From positions 53,940,001 to 54,004,000 of the forward strand of contig OX597828.1 of NCBI GenBank assembly GCA_951406725.2: 64,000 bases of DNA, written 5' to 3'. Source of the DNA: Octopus vulgaris (Eukaryota). Below, in pieces: positions 59,332 through 64,000 of this stretch. The notes below the pieces were generated by a model that had not been told where the DNA came from, made no database searches, and saw only the letters and a list, made by a program, of their open reading frames with translations. A program made the position numbers and the translations under genes. Position 1 is the stretch's first letter. Each line of letters opens with the position of its first letter.

Positions 59332-59797
59332 AACAACAAACAAGATGAGGACAAATATCCGTCGAATGTAAATAATATAAATAATGTACATAATTTTTCA
59401 TCTCTTAAATATAGAACGGGATTGCAGGATTGTTCATGGAATGTTGCAAGCTCACCAGATGACTGCACTATCTAAGCATGAAACTTTTAGTAGTTCGTAC
59501 TTCAGTCCTGTTTTTATAAAATTATACCTATGTCTCACGGGATGGAGTACTCTTTTTTTTCTCTCCTACCAACATCAGAACAGTACTGTGTGTGCGTGTG
59601 TGATATTTAAAGGAAAACTATACATCATTGCGATTAATGTTACAACTGACGCAAACAGGTTTAGCATGCTCGGCTTTACGTACATCTTACGTTCTTGGAT
59701 TTGGACAAGTTTGCATGGGAAAAAATTGAAACATGAGGTTAAGGGATCAATCTTTGGTAATGGAGGAAGAAAAATTAATTTTTAATTCTTCCTCCCG

Positions 59798-59833
<36 letters not shown>

Positions 59834-60159
59834 GAGTACAAAGTTCTAAATGCCAGATTCCGCTCCCCACTGTGCCATACAAAATTATCCAAACTCGCAA
59901 ACTTCCCTTAGACCATCCCCTCGTTTCCCTGTTCTCAGCCCTTTGGCTGGCACCCAAGAAGGGAAATTTACATGAAACCTTGAGATCCAAATTCCCCGTT
60001 ACCTTCCTGAATGTTCTTTGCGAAGATTGGGGTTGAATGCAATTCAGCCGTGTTATTCATGGGGTTTTGACATTCGTTTTGCTGATGTCCTCTCCTCCAC
60101 ACCTTTATTGCAGAGGATGGGGAAGGAGAAAATGTGCGCGCGCGCGTTTGTGTGCACTC

Positions 60160-60400
60160 ACGGGCCCTAGATCGTGGGTTTGATACCCGCACCGAGCTGC
60201 GCATTTTGTTCTTGCGCAAAAAAAACGTAATCTCTCGTTGGCCCAATCCACTCAGCTGAAGATGGGGTAATCCTGCGCCGGACTAGCTTTCGGATCAAGG
60301 GAATTATTAGCCCGCTCTCCTAGCTAGCAGGGTGGCATTATTCGACGGCTTAAACGATGCAAAAGCGCATTGTGACCAGCGATGTATAACATCCTGACCT
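60160..60400 (+). mobile_element. Third SINE-like family, diverged
   Basis: B-box-like gggtttgataccc and a body (ccactcagctg...taatcctgcgccggactagc) unlike families A and B. Confidence 0.45.
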
Positions 60401-61178
60401 ATAATTCCTGCATCATAACGAATGTTCATCGTATAAGTTATACTGGTAGGCAGAATGAGTTATTTAAATGCGGCCCTTAACGTTTCGAGTTCAAATCTCA
60501 CCGATATCGACCTTCTTTCATCACAGTGGGGTCGATAGAATACGGGTACCAGTGATATACTGGAGATCAATATAATCCACGGATGCCTTCACACTCAATT
60601 CCTCACTTTGTGTTTATGTAAGAAATTATCATATATCCATCATATATCCATGGTGTCTGGCTTTGAGAGAGAGAGAGAGAGCAAAGAGAGGAGCAGAGAG
60701 AAGTACAGAAAGCAAGACGGGGAGAGAGGAGAGAAAAAGAAGACATATATTGCAGTGATGTGCGTGTGTATGTGTGAGAGCATGTGTGTGCGGGTGTGTG
60801 TGTGAGTGTGTGTGCTATCACCGATATTATTACTGTTTGATTAACTACCTCCAGAGTCCATGCTGTGCATTATCAATATATTTACACATATTTTAGATCT
60901 CACACCTCTTTATTGGATTGAGATAGATTGTGTGTGTGTGTGTGTGCATATGTGTGTGTGCGTAGAGAGAGAGAAATGTGTGTGTATGCATTTTTATATA
61001 TATATATATATATACACATATACATACATATCTTTGTATATATATATATATACCCATACATACACATATACATACATATCTTATGTATATATACATATAT
61101 ACCCATACATACACATATACATACATATCTTATGTATATATACATACATATACACATACACATATACATATATATATA

Positions 61179-61227
<49 letters not shown>

Positions 61228-61351
61228 GAAGAGAGAGAGAGAGGTGTGTACATATAAAGAAATGTATGTGCATGAATATATACATGCGTGTTTATATATG
61301 TGTCTATATAAATGTGAATAAGTAAATGTTTGAATATAACGTTAAAGTATG

Positions 61352-61413
<62 letters not shown>

Positions 61414-61769
61414 TATGTAGATTTTTATGAACATATGTGCATATAGAAGTACGTATATATATATATCTGTGTATATGGATGTGTGTGTATATGTGTACGC
61501 AGTATGAATATGTGTGCGTGTGTTGTATGTATGCGTGTACATGAATGTGTATATATTATATGTATGAATGTGTATGGGTGCATGTGTATGGATGCGTTAG
61601 TATTATGGTAGTTCCAGCAATTAGCAGCATGTTGTTGCTGTCAATGTTGCAGTAACTTTGTTAACTCGCCTCATTCAATATAATTGTTATATTATCGCTA
61701 TATTGGTCCCCCCGGAGGGGGGGGAGGTAGGGAATGACTTCTGAGCGGAAACATTTACGAAGAGCGCGC

Positions 61770-61810
<41 letters not shown>

Positions 61811-62082
61811 TGTAAACATGGCTGCACATACTTCAACATGCCATAAACACAAACACACACAAAAGTGTGTCTATAGGTAAATATATTTTACATTTATACC
61901 TATGTAGGCGTATGAATGTATGTGTGCGTGTAAAAATATTCGCCTGCACTTACATATGCACACCACATACATGCACACATATGCATGTGTGTAAATAGGT
62001 AAATATACTAATATACACACGTGTGTGTGTGTGTATTGAACAGTGAGAATGAGATGGAGACGAACACCAGCGTCCTATGTGA

Positions 62083-62133
62083 CAGGCTTGATAACTGTTA
62101 TATATCTCTTAGCATGAAACCAATGGTAGCTTG
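62083..62133 (+). ncRNA. Minimal hammerhead-like motif with U3-A8 core
   Basis: CAGGC UUGAUAA C UGUUA-loop-UAGCA U GAAA CCAAUGG UA GCUUG. Confidence 0.62.
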
Positions 62134-62146
62134 GTTAACCCTCAAA

Positions 62147-62212
<66 letters not shown>

Positions 62213-62829
62213 TATATGTATGTATGTACGTACGTATGTATGTATGTATTACATATACGTCCATGTATTCCTGTATACGTGAAGGTGTTGTGAGTGTAGG
62301 ATTACTTAATGATTCTAGTGGGACAATAACGACGTTTGTTGTCATGAGGTTTGCAACTACCATGCGGACACTCAAAGCGCTAAACTGTATTGGTCATTTG
62401 CACTTCTTGTTTTAATAGTCTAGATTTCTCTCTTTAATGATCGCATCTTTAAACTGCTGTTCTTATTATATATGGCTTTTTCCAATAATGATGGAACCTA
62501 TTTCTCCTGTGAAAAGGCGAAGAAAACTTTATCTGCGAGGCAGTAATTCTTAAACATCACCATCGAAAAGTGCTTAAAACTATTTCCAAGCAGAAATAAC
62601 TTATTTCTGTATTGGTGCGAATAAAAACATTACTAGACAGGTACACCAACATCGGGTATCTGACTACAAATGACCTTTAAAGTTAAATCAGTGGATTTCA
62701 TTTGGTTCCATAAAAACTGTCTTAGTTGTTGCACGTTTTAAAGTCCATAATTCTATTTCGAGGATCGTATTTCTTGAATGAAAGCGGTTCCTGTGCCCGT
62801 GGTCATAAGAAGCACTGAATTTCAAATTT

Positions 62830-63256
62830 CGCGCAGGCATGTTTATGTGATTAAGAAGCGCACTTTGCAGCCACGAGGTTTCGGGTTCAGCTCCACTACA
62901 CGGCACCTTGGGCAAATATCTTCTACAATAGCCCAGGGCCGACTAATGCTTTGGGAGTGAATATAGTGCATGGATGTGTGTGTGTGTGTGTGTATATATA
63001 TTTTCGAAATCCAATGACACCCTACACGCCTTTTTGGTTGTGAAATTTTACAAATACACTTTCTCAGGGAGATAATACTACATGTATTTTTCATATTTTT
63101 CATAGTGTGATGTATTTGGAATAACAATTGCATGCGGCTGAAGAGAGCTTTAAACCATCTTTTATATCTATTATACACTGATGTAAGAATAGGTCGTTTA
63201 TAAAGCTTGAAACATGTGTACCGCGACATCCTTTGTGTTCTGTTTTTGATTTTATT

Positions 63257-63290
<34 letters not shown>

Positions 63291-63520
63291 CATACACACG
63301 CACACATATACATAAACGCATATGCATAAACACACACAGTTATTAGTGTGTTTTCTTTTGTCCCCACCACCGTTGACAACTAGTGTTGGTTTGTTTACAT
63401 CCCCGTAACTGAGTGATTCGGCAAAAGAACTAATAGAATAAGAAAGCTGGAGTCGATTTGCTCGACTAAACCATTTAAGGTGATGCCCAAGCATTGCCGC
63501 AGTTTACTGACTGAAACGAC
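62830..63520 (+). mobile_element. SINE-B interrupted within its microsatellite by an HHR-bearing element (63000-63258)
   Basis: Head at 62830-62965, tail at 63340-63520, insert flanked by (TA)n. Confidence 0.75.
63133..63225 (+). ncRNA. Type I hammerhead ribozyme, canonical core, long stem II
   Basis: UGCGG CUGAAGA GAGCUUUA...UAAAGCUU GAAA CAUGUG UA CCGCG. Confidence 0.82.
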
Positions 63521-64000
63521 AGACAGACAGACAGAGACAGATAGATAGACAGATAGTTAGATAGATAGAGAGGATAATTAAATAATAAAGGGCGCTTTGT
63601 TAGTTTGTCAAATTTAAGAAAAAATTGAGAATTAACTAGTTAGAAAACAAAGGACATATCAAGGTAAGCCTCTGAACAGAAAAAGATGGGATGGTTACGT
63701 CAGGAAAGTCTTAGACAATAGGACTGTTCTATAAGCGTTGACGAGGAATACAAGAACAACTGTTTGTTAATAGAGTTTTAAGGCTTGAGAGTTTATGACA
63801 GCTGGCAGATATAGGAAGTTGTGAGATTCATGAAGGGAACACTGGATGTTAATGAAATCAAGTTATTTAACCTTAGACTAATGTGGAAAATTATTTTGCA
63901 TTGTGTGGTAGGCGAGTGTCGTGAGGTAACATATAAACTTCAAACAATAGCGTGATTTCGATTTCTGATTAGAATCCAGTCCACACTGTTGAGAAGCTTT

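Larger units (their letters stand above)
59012..59419. mobile_element. Head-to-head pair of a tRNA-headed, hammerhead-tailed short retroelement
   Basis: 59010-59110 is inverted relative to 59273-59376, with the tRNA-like head in the middle. GATTGCAGGATT is duplicated at 59000-59011 and 59420-59431. Confidence 0.88.

Overview
AT-rich, microsatellite-saturated animal DNA. Its tRNA-derived SINE families look like those of octopus (recalled, not searched). Almost all listed ORFs are microsatellite or SINE artefacts. The only host coding sequence I can support is two phase-0 minus-strand exons of SCAPER (36842-36693, 24792-24601), separated by an 11.9-kb intron. I found no other SCAPER exons, so the rest of the window is probably intron of the same gene. 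The remainder is repeats: two abundant SINE families, mariner-type and 8-bp-TSD MITEs, a decayed HERO-type RLE retrotransposon, RTE-related pieces, a 237-bp foldback satellite, a 46-bp minisatellite and a 3.4-copy 842-bp array. The hidden signal is about a dozen Penelope-type minimal hammerhead ribozyme (HHR) motifs from several unrelated families. They include G3-C8, U3-A8 and A6U core variants, a tRNA-headed SINE ending in an HHR, and a candidate hammerhead with pseudoknotted strand order in the 842-bp array. All folds were read by eye and activity is untested.
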